Of a stretch of DNA of 64,000 bases, positions 12,743 through 24,772 are shown one piece after another (the stretch's first letter is position 1; each line of letters opens with the position of its first letter). The DNA lies in assembly GCF_000372725.1 (NCBI RefSeq), contig NW_005201123.1:186001-250000 (forward strand), in the 5' to 3' direction. Under the pieces are notes generated by a model. The model was not told the DNA's origin. It made no database searches and saw only the letters and a program-made list of their open reading frames with translations. The stretch is from Emiliania huxleyi CCMP1516. Lineage: Eukaryota. The position numbers and the translations under genes were made by a program.

Positions 12743-13036
12743 ACGTCTTCTGATAAACGCACGCAGTATGGAAGATACAAAGAGACGGAGGAGCAACGAG
12801 CGCCCTGCCTGGCGTGAGCCAAAGACACTCCCTCCGTAGACACTGATCACACACGGGTGGGACAGGGTGGGTCACAACGAAGCACGAGAGCGTGCTCGAC
12901 AGAGCGACAGCGCAGCGCACTGCCGTCCAGTCGGCGAAGGGACGGCTGCTGCGCAAAGTGATCAGTTCTAATGAATGTACCGGGGCCCGACGGATAGATG
13001 AATCCGGGGCACCCTCCGCTCGCCCTGGCTAGGGGT
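12743..13036 (+). repeat. Repeat family C; reverse complement of 26866-27165
   Basis: gcagtatggaagatacaaagagacggagg...ggttcgagg(t/c)ggcccccaccctg is shared. Confidence 0.85.
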
Positions 13037-13826
13037 TCGAGGTGGCCCCCACCCTGAAGAAACGCAAACAGGACAGACGCTACTTCCCTACTTATGGTCA
13101 CCACAGTAAACGAAAATTCGACTTTGAGGGATCATATCTCAAAAGGCTGGGTGAGAGCATAGCATTATTATTGCATATTAGGCCGCATAAGATCAGACTT
13201 GACCCCATAAGCATCAAGAACCCGATGCTCCGGCTCGACTGTGCCGGCACACTGCCTCTTCGTGCCTGCTGCCAGCAGCCGTCGCGGCCCGTGGTGCACC
13301 AGAGAGAGAGGTCGACGCGTTGCCCCCGCCGGCGACCCCGCGCGGCTCAGGCCGGCCAGAAGGTGTGTGGTGACGGCACCGTGGCAGGAGTGCGGAGATG
13401 AGCTCGCCGAACGCGAGCAGCAGATGGCCAAAGTGTGCCAGCGCGAGAGCCTCGCGAGCGGGCGCAGAAGGAGCTCGCCGTGACACGATGCCGGGCGGTG
13501 GTGGTGCTCTGGCGACTGTGCACAGTGGGCAAAGTCAGGCTGCAACAGGGCAGCACGTTGGTAGTGCCCTGCTGCAGCCTGGCCTGACATGCACAGGGCG
13601 AACAGAGGCGGTACTATCGTCCGGCGCTCGTCGTCGAATCTGGGCCAACTTCGACCGCCGCCACAGCTCGCCACGAGCACGCAGCGACAAAATGTTGACT
13701 GTATGGAAGTTGAGGCTGGTCGAGAGGAAGAGGCTGCCGTGCGAGCCGGCAGCTGGCTGGCTCGCCCGCAGCGTCTTTTTCGGCTTCTTCATTCATACCC
13801 GGTAGTTGCGACACGCTGCGAGTATA

Positions 13827-14404
13827 CCTTCTCTTGAACAAGTTATTTAGGGACACCCCGGTTTCGGACATCGGCGAACGATTCGACGGTGCCTCCAACT
13901 GAGCCAAATGGAGCCCTGTGATGTGGGACCTCACTCCCAGAAGCTTGGAGCTTCAGGCCGCGACCACGTGGCTAGGTGGACACTAAAGTGCCATTTTGGC
14001 GCCAAATCTTGGCGGGAAATGACACGTGGCTTGGCGGGAGTGTGGTGTGGCTGCGCCGCTCGCCAGCGCTGCTGTTGAGCGCCAGCTGCTGCTCCCTTCA
14101 GCCAGACGGCCGGGCCTGCGCAGCACGACCGCTGGCCTTCCTCCTGCACCACAGGAGCGCGCCAAGGCGCGCGTCTGGGCAAGCAGTGCGTCTCATCGCG
14201 ATGCGAGAGTCGACGCTGTGACGCCGCCGCTCGCCGGCTAGAATGACAGTGGCAGCATTCGAGTACGCGTCGAGCTGTGCGTACCAGCACTCGTATGCGA
14301 GCTAATTGTGTCCCTGAGCTGCTGTGGGGTGCGTGGGCTCAGCTGCGGAGCACGTACTGGGCGGCGGTAGGGGGGTGTCGCTAAATAACTTGTTCAAGAG
14401 AAGG
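13827..14404. mobile_element. Tc1/mariner-type MITE (578 bp)
   Basis: 33 bp terminal inverted repeats (TIRs) CCTTCTCTTGAACAAGTTATTTAG(G/C)GACACCCC, flanked by TA at 13825-13826 and 14405-14406. Confidence 0.9.
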
Positions 14405-14458
14405 TAATACCCCACGTTCACCCATCCAGTGATTTCTTTTTTAGTTTCCCATAAGTAG

Positions 14459-14488
14459 GGTAGGTAGGTAGGTAGGTAGGTAGGTAGG
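14459..14488 (+). repeat. (GGTA)n microsatellite
   Basis: Direct reading. Confidence 0.9.
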
Positions 14489-15689
14489 GGCACCGCAGGG
14501 GCCAGGGTTTTTGCAGAATTTCATCAGTGCCGCCCAACGCTCGCCGCTCGCCGCCGCCCTGCCCTGCCCCGCCCAGCCCTCATACCGCCGACCCTTACCG
14601 TGCCGCGCCGCCTCTACACACACACACCTGACTTCTTGCTCGACCGAGTTTGCGTTGAGGAGCGAACCGAGCCGCCGGTGTGTCCCGCAGCGGCCTCGCT
14701 GGGCCAGAAAGTCGGCCCGCGAGTGCTCCGCAGCAGCCTCGCTGGGCCAGAACGTCGGCCCGCGAGGTGGATGCTAGCATGAGCCCGATCCGTCGCAGTG
14801 CTCTTGCGTTACGGCGGTAGTGATCTAATCACGCGGGCGGACCCTTACAGATCACAGATCACACTGAAAATGCGCCTGCGGGCGGACCCTCACAGATCAC
14901 AGATCACACCTGCCCCGCGCTGTGGGATTTCGCGCAATCACTCTGAAAGCTCGCCGATCCCTGCGGTGAGCGCTGTGGTCGCCGCAGACTGCCTCCGACT
15001 TGACGGGCGCATGGAGACGTGATGCCTCCATGCGCCCGTCGAGTCAAAATCGACATGCGAGGCGATCTTTGGCCCGCCAGAGGGATAGGCGGCGTTTTGG
15101 GCGACAAACAGCGCTACGACCGCGAAGTGGCGGTGGACATGCTCCCATGTTGCCGACGCGGCGCCGGAGTGGCCGGCGCTGCTCGCCGCGACCACGATGG
15201 CTACTCCGATGCGCCGGGCCGACCCGTCCTACCCGACGGTGGCACTCTTCCACGTCTCGCTCACGCTGAGAAAAATTCTGAAACGGCGTGCAGCAGAGTC
15301 GCCGACGAGTCGGTGCGCGTGCCTCCTCGTGTCGCGTACCGTTCTCACACATCCATAAACTCACTTTGGCCTCACTAATAAAGCGAAGGCTCAATCCTCA
15401 ATCCTGAGATTTTAGATTAGGACGCTGTGGGCCCGGCTCTAGAGGGCGCGGACCGTGAGTTGAGGAAATCGGGGGACGCGACCCACTTCGCCACAGACGG
15501 TCCCGCGCCTCGCCGCTATGACGGGGACACACCCCGCACCGTCCGCTGTGTCCCCGTCTTTGTCCGGAGTGAATACTCCGACGCGCTCGTCGGTGACGGT
15601 GTCCCCCGATTTCGCCGCGCTCGGCGAACCTCGACAGCGCTTTCGGTGGCATGCAGCTCTTTGCGACAGAAGCCTGGAGAGCAGCTCCT

Positions 15690-16003
15690 CTGCTGCTCAC
15701 ACACTCTGCACAGTTGGCACAGCCTACTGTGCGGCTGCCACAGCTGTCACAGCGATGGGCTCGCCCTCACTGGCCCTCAGTCACTTGTGCTGCGGCTTGT
15801 GTGAGCGACACTGCTCGGCGACTGCCGGCACACTGTGAGACCATGGGTGTGAGGCTAAACCACGCTACCAGCGCTTGGTCACATCGGCCCCGAGGTCAGA
15901 TCCTTCTACTCTGTTGATTACAAGACTTGTCTACTGGCTTAAAGCCGAGCAGGAGGGCCCAGCGCACAACCCCTGTGGTCAACTCAGGGTCCACACCCCG
16001 TAT
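15690..16003 (+). repeat. Repeat family A, copy 2
   Basis: Near-identical to 113-435. Confidence 0.85.
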
Positions 16004-16483
16004 CGCAGGAGGCGCGCTTTGTACTCGGGTTTGGATGGTAGCGGGAGGCCCCGCCGGAGCGCGGAGCCTCGCTGGTTACTGATTTATTTAGCACCAAAGA
16101 ATATAATTTCTTTACCCGGGTACCAAACAGCTGGGCCTCGAGGGGTTCTGAATTCCCCCCCCCCCCCCCCCGGAGATTGTGGCGTGAGCAGAATTGGCCA
16201 AGTGCGCCTCCCTCCTTGGAGCCGATGTAGAACTGATATGCGCTTGTAAAAGCGCTTGCTCCCACCCCCTTCGGACCCTGCAATCCCCCGTTGGCCACCA
16301 TCGAGACGAGCATGAGCTCCGCACGTGCACTGGCCAGTGTCGTCTGCCCCCCTTCCCCCGCCGGCGCCAATTTGCGCGGAGCGACGGCGACGAGCGCCGC
16401 AAATCGCCCGCCGCCGATATCTCCGCAAGCTCCGCTTGACCCCCGCGCCACGCTCGGCCTCACTGGCGGCACGGCCAAAACCG

Positions 16484-17750
16484 TCACTCGGCTGGAATCT
16501 CTTTGGCGCACAGCGGACACGCCTTCGAGCGCTTGAGCCACTCGCCCAAGCACTCCACGTGCTCGGCGTGCCTAACCGGGCGGCGTGGGACCGAGCTCGG
16601 TGGACCTACTTCTCTCTCTCCGCCTCGGCGCGGGACGGGAAGAGTCAGAGCGAGAGAGCGAGAGAGGCGGGCGGGCGGGAGAGCGAGGGAGGGAGCAAAG
16701 AGGAACAGGTTCACCCGCACGGCAGCACGCGCAGCGAGTCGCCCTCCTCCCACTCCATGCAGCAAATCGAGCACTTCTCGCCGAGCCGCACCCCGCTGTC
16801 GGCCCGCGCCTCGCACAAGCTCAACGTCCGCAGCGACCCCACCGCATTCGCGCTCGCCCCTCGAGACACCTCACCAAGCGCCTCGCCTGTACACGCGCAG
16901 GTGCGCTATTCGCGGGCCTCAAGGCACACGGACGGCTCGAAGCTCCACGGCTCTGCTCATGCGCGCGCATGCGTAGCGTGTGGGTGGGGTGGGCGCGGGG
17001 GGTGTGTGCGCTCACAGTGTGGCTTGCACTGGGCGAGTGGGGCGTGTGGTATGGGGGGAGTGTGTGCGGGGGAGACGCGCCCAAGCGCACGAGCGTCTCG
17101 TAAGAGTACTGCGACGGGGAGACGGCGCCCTCGCGCTCGTCGTCGCCCTCGCCCTCGTTGGCGAGCAGCGCCGCGCCCGCCGGCCCGAGCGCCGCGCGCA
17201 GCGCCTCATCATCCTCCTGCAGAATCGAGGCGCAGCAAGATGTACACCATGTGTGCGCGCTCCGGTGCATATAAGCCCCGTGTCCGCCCTCGGCCGATGT
17301 CACAGAGCCGGTTGGCGGGCGGGCGCGGGCGGGTGTGCGTTGCGGCGCTGTTGGGCTCACCTCCAAGTGTCGGAGGGAGGGAGAGAGGCATCGCAACTGC
17401 GTGGGCGGGCGGGCGCGCTGCACGTGGCTACTAGCTGGTGCGTCGCTCCTGCTGTTGCAGCCGAATCGCGAGGGCGATGGACTCGGCGTCGTCATCCGCG
17501 GCGGGGATTGAGGCGAGGCGCGCCTCCCCCTCTTCCCGCTCTCGCTGCCGCGCCTCCTCCTCCTGCTGAAGCTGCCACACCAGCTCCAACGTCGCCGCGT
17601 CATCGCCCGCTGCCACCTGATCAGACGCGGAGTGCCGCTCTGGAGTGCATGGCCGTGGGACAGCCGGCCATGAGACGGCCGGCGTGGCGACGCTGGGGCG
17701 CGCGGGGCGTGGAGTGCTAGTCAAGGAGGCCACTCGGGCGCCTCGTCACT

Positions 17751-17782
<32 letters not shown>

Positions 17783-17924
17783 TTGGTGGCTTGCTGGATG
17801 CGCCCGCCAAAGTGTCGTCGGGCTGGCGGTTCGAGCAGCCTGGGGAGTTCTCTCGCGGCTCGGTTCGACGCGCCCCATCAGGCTCGGGCGGAGTGGCAGG
17901 CTTCGGGGTCGGGGAGGGAGTCAT
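16484..17924 (-). CDS. RING-H2 E3 ubiquitin ligase with UIM-like motifs, ~5 exons (start uncertain)
   Basis: Spliced C-terminus YSYETLVRLGEALGEVSRG...CSICCMEWEEGDSLRVLPCGHAEHVECLGEWLKRSKACPLC; upstream SIALAIRLQQQE and LELVWQLQQEE. Confidence 0.85.
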
Positions 17925-18000
17925 GTCAAACCACGGCCAAAAAGAATTGTTGTATCTGGCTGTAATCGGCTACTACGGCCGGTCCACGGTCATCACATAG

Positions 18001-18240
18001 GAAGACTGCCAGAGCATCGAACAAGTGAGGGCGAGCGCCCTAAACGCAAAAGGGTACTCGGTAGGAATCCCACGACTACAAATATACGATGTGAAGGAGA
18101 GAGGAGGGATGGGAATGGAACACGCGTACACGTACGCAGCGGCGGCGCTGATCGATCAAGTGGACCGGGCCCTCAGCGCGGTGGAAGGGGAACCAGCGAG
18201 GGTGGCCGTGGAGAGCAGCCTAGCGCACTCTTCGAGGTGA
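18001..18240 (+). mobile_element. Non-LTR retrotransposon fragment (post-RT thumb region)
   Basis: IPRLQIYDVKERGGMGMEHAY resembles the LY.P...GGLG thumb motif; purine-rich composition. Confidence 0.55.
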
Positions 18241-18245
18241 GGGAG

Positions 18246-18428
18246 GGTGTAGATAGAGGATGTAGAGTGAGAGCGCTGTAGAGCTGTAGAGATGTAGAGC
18301 GCTCTGGAGCGCTGTAGAGCAATGTAGAGCTGTAGAGCTCTACATCCACCGCGTGACGAACTGCGTGCGTTGTAGAGCGATGTAGAGGCGCTCTACAACG
18401 TGAAATCTCTACAACAAACTCTACACCA
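18246..18428. mobile_element. MITE-like element built from GTAGAG/CTCTAC motifs
   Basis: Ends GGTGTAGA...TCTACACC; many internal motif copies switch orientation. Confidence 0.6.
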
Positions 18429-18838
18429 TATACCATATTACCCGGCGAAGGAGGCACGGTCGCTCTCCGACATGAGGCGCGTTGCACTTGCCAGTGCTGC
18501 CCTGGCCTTCTGTCTGCCCGCCCAATGGGTGGCAGATGCCTCTGCTGCTGTGGCATGCCTCGCGGCTGCGACTGGCCGGCGCCTCGGCGCGTCAGCTCGG
18601 CTTGGCGCAGCGATCGTGGCCAGCGCAACTCGCCTGGACTCAACGCTCAGCCAGGAGCTCCCGCACGCGCTTGCGCGAGTCATGGCGCATGCAACGCGCA
18701 GTAATGCTCGCCTCGCCTCGCGCAAATGCGACCGTCCTCGCAGCCGACAGTCCACCGCCTGCTAAAGAAGCACAGCGACGAATGCGGCACCGGCGAGTGC
18801 TCGTTCTCTGGACGAGGATCGAGGTGCACGCTCGCGTC

Positions 18839-19246
18839 CGGGTAAGCTGAAACGAGAAATTTGCGCGCCCGGGTAATCTCAAAGAGAAAAGTTAGCCGCC
18901 GGGTAATCTGGACGAGAAATTTGGCCGACCGGGTAATCTGAGATGAGAAAAGTTAGCGGCCGGGTAAGCTGAAACGTGAATTGTGGGAGACTGGGTAAAC
19001 TGGTTTCTCAGTTTTTTGATGAAATTGCTGCTGAGCAGGAAAATATCTGAAAATATCGTTGCCGGGTAATCTGGACGAGAAATTTGGCCGACCGGGTAAT
19101 CTGACATGACAAATTTTAGCGACCGGGTAAGCTGAAACACGAATTGTGGGAGACTGGGTAAACTGGTTTGACGGAAATCGCGCTAAGCAGGAAAATATCG
19201 TTGGCCGGGTAATCTGCGAGGCGAATCTCAAAAACCGGATAATCTG
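18839..19246 (+). repeat. Array of ~12 CCGGGTAA(T/G)CT motifs, mostly 30-31 bp apart
   Basis: Copies at about 18839, 18869, 18899, 18929, 18960, 18991, 19062, 19092, 19123, 19154, 19205, 19235. Confidence 0.85.
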
Positions 19247-19372
19247 AAATGTATCCAAGAACGAGTGCGAGTTAGAAATGTTCGGATTTTTGTTCATTTC
19301 TATGGAAAAGAATTTCCCCAAGGTGCCGTTGTGTTCCCCTTGTGTTCGTGCGTCGCCATCTCCCCTGGAGAT

Positions 19373-19825
19373 CTCCGGGCCGGCACGGACCCCCGGGGCC
19401 GACACCCCGTGCGTCCGGACGGCCCGTTTTGGGACGCTCTCAGAAACTGCTGCTAACGAAACCGGAAAACCAATCAAACCTTCATCAAACGCTCTCGTCC
19501 ACAAAAGGTTACGTAAGATGCCCAAGTTTCTCACCGAGATATGCCCCGGTGTGAAGATCCGCGATGTTGTGCCGAGTCGGAGCCCGGCGGGCCGAGGTAG
19601 TTGGACCCTGACGGCCGATGTCGCCAAACTCGGCCCACTTCGGTTCCCAGTGCTCCCTACCTGCTCCCTGATGCTCAGGGAGAAGGGAGGCACCCATAGC
19701 CTTCATAGGCTGAAGGGTGGCTCCAGGGAGTGTCGACTCGTTATACTGACGCTGTGTATGTACCCCCCCCCCCCCACGGACGCATGGGGTGTCGGCCCCG
19801 GCCGGGGGTCCGTGCCGGCCCGGAG
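19373..19825. mobile_element. MITE (453 bp) with ~45 bp TIRs and 8 bp TSD
   Basis: TIR CTCCGGGCCGGCACGGACCCCCGG...; CTGGAGAT at 19365-19372 and 19826-19833; empty sites in repeat B near 6802 and 8006. Confidence 0.9.
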
Positions 19826-19880
19826 CTGGAGATGCCTCATGCCTGCTGTTTCCAAGAAAGATGGCCGCATCGATCGGGCG

Positions 19881-20031
19881 TGAGTCGGGGGGGTGTCGGG
19901 GCACGACGAGGGTTGCTTCGGCTGGCGCTCGGAGGCCACCAGGCGGCCCCATTTGATGTCCGGGAGGTGCCTTTCGGACGCCTCCCGGACAGCTAACGTG
20001 CAGAGCATCGAATAGACGCCTTGCCCGAAAA
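19881..20031 (+). repeat. ~150 bp repeat D with GC hairpin, upstream of the GLTP gene
   Basis: Near-identical to 33965-34113. Confidence 0.85.
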
Positions 20032-20067
20032 ACGCTAAGTGTTCATGAAAAATCAAGTGTGACATGT

Positions 20068-21229
20068 ATGCCGTCCGCCCCCCTCCCGCGAACATCGCTC
20101 GCCGTCGTCGTGGCCATCGGGCTCGCCCTGAGCTGCACCGCCTCCATCGGCCCGCGCGCTGCGCCCGAGGAGGCCACCAAAGGCCGGAGGCGCCCTAGGC
20201 GCAGCTTCCAGCTACGCAGCGCTGGGGGGCAGCAGCATCCGTCGAGGCTCGAGCCGGTGGCGCACGCCTTTGCCCCGTGCCTGCGAGCCCCCGTGCCCTT
20301 CTCGCCAAAGGCGCGCGACATTGACCTCGAGCAGCTGCTCCGCGCTTGCGATGGCGCGCTCTCATCTTTCCCATGCCCGTCCGTGCCAGCCGCCCACCCG
20401 CCCCGGTATCGCGCAGATTTCCTCGCCCTGCAGCTCGCGATGGGCGGTGCAATGGCGGCACCGGCGCGTTATTTCGAGGCGAACTTGCGCGCGGTGCGCA
20501 CGGCGCGCGACGCTCACCGGCGCGGCCGGTGGGCTGGCCCCGTGACCATGCGGGCGCTGCTCGAGGCGGAAGCCGCGTCTGGGGCGCACGGGAGGGGGGG
20601 GCTGCTCAAGGACCCGAGCGCCGCCATGGGGCTGCTCTGGATCCGCCGCTCGATTGCTTTCAACGCGGCGCTCTTCCCCAGCCACCTCGTCTCTGGCCAA
20701 CTCCACCACCTTCCGATTGACACCGCGCAACCTCCTCCCCCGCGAAGCCGGTCCGCACAGCTCGCCTCCGCTGTGTAGGCGCTCTTCGCCTCCGTCGCCG
20801 CGAGCGCGAAGCGGGACGCGGCAGCGCCTCGCCGCGCCTGCCTCGCGGCATACGCCAAGGAGCTCGAGCCGTACCATGGATGGACGCTGCGGCGCGTCTA
20901 TCGCCTCGGCGCGGCACTCGGCGCGCCGCCACAGGCCCCCGGCACACCGTGAGACGGGGGTGTCGACCCGCAGGCCTCCCGCGCGGCATGCTGCCGCGGC
21001 AGGCTTTTCTCGCGCGGCTCGCCGCCAGCGAGAGCGACGCGGACGTCCAGGCGGCGGTAGAGGACATGCGCGCGCTAGTCGCGGTGCCAAATGGACGCCC
21101 GTTCGCACTGCTCAATGGCGGCACCCCGGCCACGCGTCCTGTCTGTGCGCGTAGGTGTGGACGCCGCTGCTGCGCGAGTGGCGCAGAACGTTTGTGGAGC
21201 TGGACCTCGAGGATTCTCGTCGCGTTTAG
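20068..21229 (+). CDS. Glycolipid transfer protein (GLTP) family protein with N-terminal hydrophobic signal, ~5 exons
   Basis: PSAAMGLLWIRRSIAF, AYAKELEPYHGWTLRRVY and P.RQAFLARL are GLTP-fold motifs; ends ELDLEDSRRV*. Confidence 0.85.
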
Positions 21230-21288
21230 GGGGGCGGGGGGGGGGGGGGCGGTGACTGGACCGTGACCCGCTGTATGGCCGTAAAGCC

Positions 21289-21435
21289 GGGGTGTGGACC
21301 CTGAGTTGACCAGGGGTTGTGCGCCGCGCTGGGCCCTCCTGCTCGGCTCCAGCCAGTAGACAAGTCTTGTCATCAACAGAGGAGAAGGATCTGACCTCCG
21401 GGGCCGATGTGACCAAGCGCTGGTAGCGTGGTTTA
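21289..21435 (-). repeat. Repeat family A, partial inverted copy
   Basis: Reverse complement of ~290-432. Confidence 0.8.
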
Positions 21436-22871
21436 AGGGGGGTTTTCCCCCCCCCTCGGGGGGGGTTTTTTGGCCCCCCCCCCCCCGGGGGGGGCCCCCC
21501 AGGGGCCCCCCCCCCCCCCCCCCGGCCCCCCGACTTCGGCCGGCGGCTGCGCGCTGCGCCTCTCGGCGCCCCCCGCCGACTCTCCCGCTCCGATGGTTTG
21601 CCCGCTGAATCTCGCCCTTACCGGGACCGCGCGTGGGCTCGCTTTCGTCTGAGAACGAGCTGCTCACGTGCGGGCTCCTCGACGCGGCCCCCTTCTCCTC
21701 CACGGCTGGACTACAGCTGGCTATCGACAGCCTTAATCTGTCGCCAGCGGCATTGGAGGTGAAGGAGCCCGATCTCCTCCCGGTGGGGGGCCTCGCCGCC
21801 GCGGCCGCGCTGGCGGGGGATGCTGCTCATGCGCAGCGCGGGGCGACTCGCCGAGCCAGCGCCGCGGCGCCTGCGGCGAGGCCGGCGGCGGCTGCTCGCG
21901 CGGCCCTCGCGCCATGCCTCGCCCCGCTGGCTTGCACCCCGCTTTCCGCCCTGGAGGTTGAGGGGGACGCGCCGTGGACCGTGGTCGCCTACATCTCCGG
22001 CATGCTCGGCCCCTGCCTTCGTGCCTTGGGGTCGCAGGTGCAGCTCGGCGCCCACCTTCTCGCCAGCGGCTGCATCTCCCCCGAGTGCTGACCCGCAACT
22101 GCTGGCGAGCTACTTTAAGGACTACGTGCTCGCGCTGGAGGGCGCGCTGCCCCCTTCGCTCTGCGCCCCCTACGCTTGTGGGCCGCAGTGGTTGGAGGAG
22201 GCGCGCGATGCGGCGACCTACTTGCGCGACGACGCTGGCCGCCGCAGATGGGAGTCTCATGATGTAGCATTAAGCGAGAGGGGGCTCCATAACTACTCGG
22301 AGGCTGCGTCTTCGCGCTCTTCACGCGTGCGGTGGGGTCTTTTGTTCCGCCGCCGGCCCGCTGGTGCTGCTCGCGCCGCGCACGCTCCTCCTCCAGCTTC
22401 GCCATCTCACGTTGTGCCTGCTCCGCCATCTCACGTTGTGTCTGCAGCAACCATGGTTATGCCCTTCTGTCCGAGGAGGCCACCGGCCAAAAGCGCATGT
22501 CTTGAAGCATAAAGGTCCGATACTGGAAGCCCATATAGGCACCTTACACTCCCCCGCAGTATCGCACCTCTTGAGCGACACTACGTTTCCGCAGCTGGGG
22601 ATTCTGCGGGTACCCCTCTTTGTACCCGTGCTGGCCGGATTCCTCCTCCGAACAAATCAAGTTCGATCGGCCCCACAGTCTCGAACTGGCAGCCACTATC
22701 TCACCGGAGGTACCATGTCCGAGGAGGCCACCGGCCAAAAGCGCATGTCTTGAAGGTCCGATACTGGCACACACATACATAGGGAGAGAGAAAGTACGTA
22801 CATAGGCAGCTTACACCTTCATTCACACACCCCCAGCCCGTTGTCCAACTCCTATGTTTGTGTCACATGCA

Positions 22872-24524
22872 ATGGCGGCGAGTTTGCTCGTTGCCTTTGG
22901 TGCAGCTGGCGGTGGGCAGGCGGCCGTAAGCGCGCTGGGCCGACCGACCGGAGAATCAGCCCCCCTCTCGCCACACCGCTTGATCATCCACCGCCACATC
23001 AACGTCACAATCAGGCCGGTGGCGCACGCAGCAATGGCACTCGAGACTGCCAGCCAGGATCAAGCCGCCACCGCCAGTCCTCGCTTCTCTCCAGACGATG
23101 CCCTAGCTCAACGCAATGGCAGCTGCCGCTTCGAGGCCGGCGTTGACTACGACAGGGGCGGGGGAGGCCGGGCGCACGCCACAGGGGTGGCGTCAAAGGA
23201 GGCTTGCTGCGCCCTCTGCTCCGAAAGGCCGAGCTGCGGAGTCGCGACGTACTTGGCTGCCTCCCAGCAGTGCTGGTTCAAGCCGGTGGGTGCGACCAGG
23301 CGTCCATCAAAAAGCGGTTCTGGCGTCGTCTCGTGTGTCCTCTGGGCATTAGAGGCAAACGGTGATGACTCCACTCGTGTAATCCCCGATGACCGCAAGG
23401 ACGCAGAGATGAACAAAGAGAAGGAGAGCTTTGCGTCTTCAGCCGGCGCCGCACTCTCGCCACGTTCGACGCCAGCAGTGATCGACGTCACGCCAAAGCC
23501 GCTGGCGCTGGCCGTCATCAGCAATGGCGGAGCAAACGGCGTCGGGAACGGCACCGGCCCCCAAATTCCGTCGACAAATGAGCCGCCGCTGCTGTCGAGC
23601 GCATGGCTGAGTACGCGGCATGCTGTAGTCCTCGACAAGCATCGCGCTCTGAATCAGACGAGGCACTTCAGCTTTGTACACATTTCGAAGGCGGGTGGCG
23701 CTACATTCATCGAGTGGGCATGCCATCATCGTGAGATATTTCCGCGGTTTTATCCTACGCAACCGGTGGGCGCAGAGCACGGCTTCCTCTTCGACCGAAG
23801 AAAAAGGCCGCAATCGCAGCGACTGGTGTTACTGCGGTCTCCTCGGGCGCACCTACTCTCCATGTTCAAGGAATGCCGCTACGATGCCTGGGGTAGGAAG
23901 CTGATAAATCAGAGCAAGAGCTACATCCCGCATAGTGGCTCTCACCAGCATGACTTCGAGCAGTGGGTGGACTACTACATGCACCCACTGGGTAAGCGTT
24001 GGCAGGGATGCTACGAGCCTTGGAACTATCAGGCGCGCGCCATGACATCAGGCCAAGAGTGTCCCCACTCCGTCTCCTTGCACGACGCGGACTACGAGCC
24101 GAGCTTCGACGCGGCTATGGCCTCATACTTAGAAGCTGACTGGGTTGGACTGACAGACTTTTACGACGAGTCGCTGTGTCTAATGCTGAGCCGGCTACAA
24201 TCGGCTAGAGCGGCGGCCCTCTTTTCGACTACTTGTGGCTGTGACAACAAGGCATCCGTGCTGGATGTGAAAGTGGTCACCCACGGAGACGTCGATTCGA
24301 CGGCCGTCGACGTTCACCCCACCCTCGCCGTCAAGATGGACCGCCTCACAGCAGTGGACAAGGCCTTGTTCTCGGTGGCGCTGCGCGGCTTCTTTCGCGA
24401 GATCACGGATTTGGAGGCCCGCGTCGCCCGCCGCATCATGTGTCCGGATGTGCTTCAAAGGATGGAGCCGAAGCTGCTCTATATTACGAGCGTGACCGCA
24501 CTGTACAATGCGTCACGCAGGTGA
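22872..24524 (+). CDS. Sulfotransferase-like protein with one N-terminal PAN/Apple domain (intronless; alternative ATG at 22854)
   Basis: FVHISKAGGAT (5'-phosphosulfate-binding-like), LLRSPRAHLLSMF (3'-phosphate-binding-like), WVGLTDFYDESLC; N-terminal ~195 aa nearly identical to the GT47 gene. Confidence 0.8.
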   Translation: MAASLLVAFGAAGGGQAAVSALGRPTGESAPLSPHRLIIHRHINVTIRPVAHAAMALETASQDQAATASPRFSPDDALAQRNGSCRFEAGVDYDRGGGGRAHATGVASKEACCALCSERPSCGVATYLAASQQCWFKPVGATRRPSKSGSGVVSCVLWALEANGDDSTRVIPDDRKDAEMNKEKESFASSAGAALSPRSTPAVIDVTPKPLALAVISNGGANGVGNGTGPQIPSTNEPPLLSSAWLSTRHAVVLDKHRALNQTRHFSFVHISKAGGATFIEWACHHREIFPRFYPTQPVGAEHGFLFDRRKRPQSQRLVLLRSPRAHLLSMFKECRYDAWGRKLINQSKSYIPHSGSHQHDFEQWVDYYMHPLGKRWQGCYEPWNYQARAMTSGQECPHSVSLHDADYEPSFDAAMASYLEADWVGLTDFYDESLCLMLSRLQSARAAALFSTTCGCDNKASVLDVKVVTHGDVDSTAVDVHPTLAVKMDRLTAVDKALFSVALRGFFREITDLEARVARRIMCPDVLQRMEPKLLYITSVTALYNASRR

Positions 24525-24582
24525 TTGTGGGTTGCGTGAGGAAGCAGAGATCCGGACACATGAGACACACTGAGGGGTGGCC

Positions 24583-24772
24583 CGTCTACCGTCTACCGGT
24601 AGACTGGGGTAGACGGGGGTAGACGGTAGACCGTTTGGTTGACGAGTCTACCACGAGTCTACCGCAGTCTACCGGTAGACCGTAATGAACCTACGACACC
24701 AGTCTACCGGTAGACTTGGTAGACCGCGGTAAAGGCGGTCTACTCCTTTTTCAGCCGCCGAACGGTAGACCG
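24583..24772. repeat. Cluster of GTCTACC/GGTAGAC motifs (TE terminus-like)
   Basis: More than 12 copies in both orientations, including GTCTACCGGTAGAC palindromes. Confidence 0.75.

Noticed and set aside
13101..13243. AT-rich segment with CACAGT...ACTGTG ends
   Set aside because: The TIR is too short and there is no TSD.
15465..15613. 13 bp inverted repeat GAAATCGGGGGAC
   Set aside because: Possible small MITE, but no TSD or second copy is visible.
18839..19246. CRISPR-like regular repeats
   Set aside because: The core is only ~11 bp, spacers resemble each other, there are no cas genes, and the context is eukaryotic.
21540..22510. Coding-like fragments
   Set aside because: Frameshifted, adjacent to low-quality sequence, and no recognisable domain.
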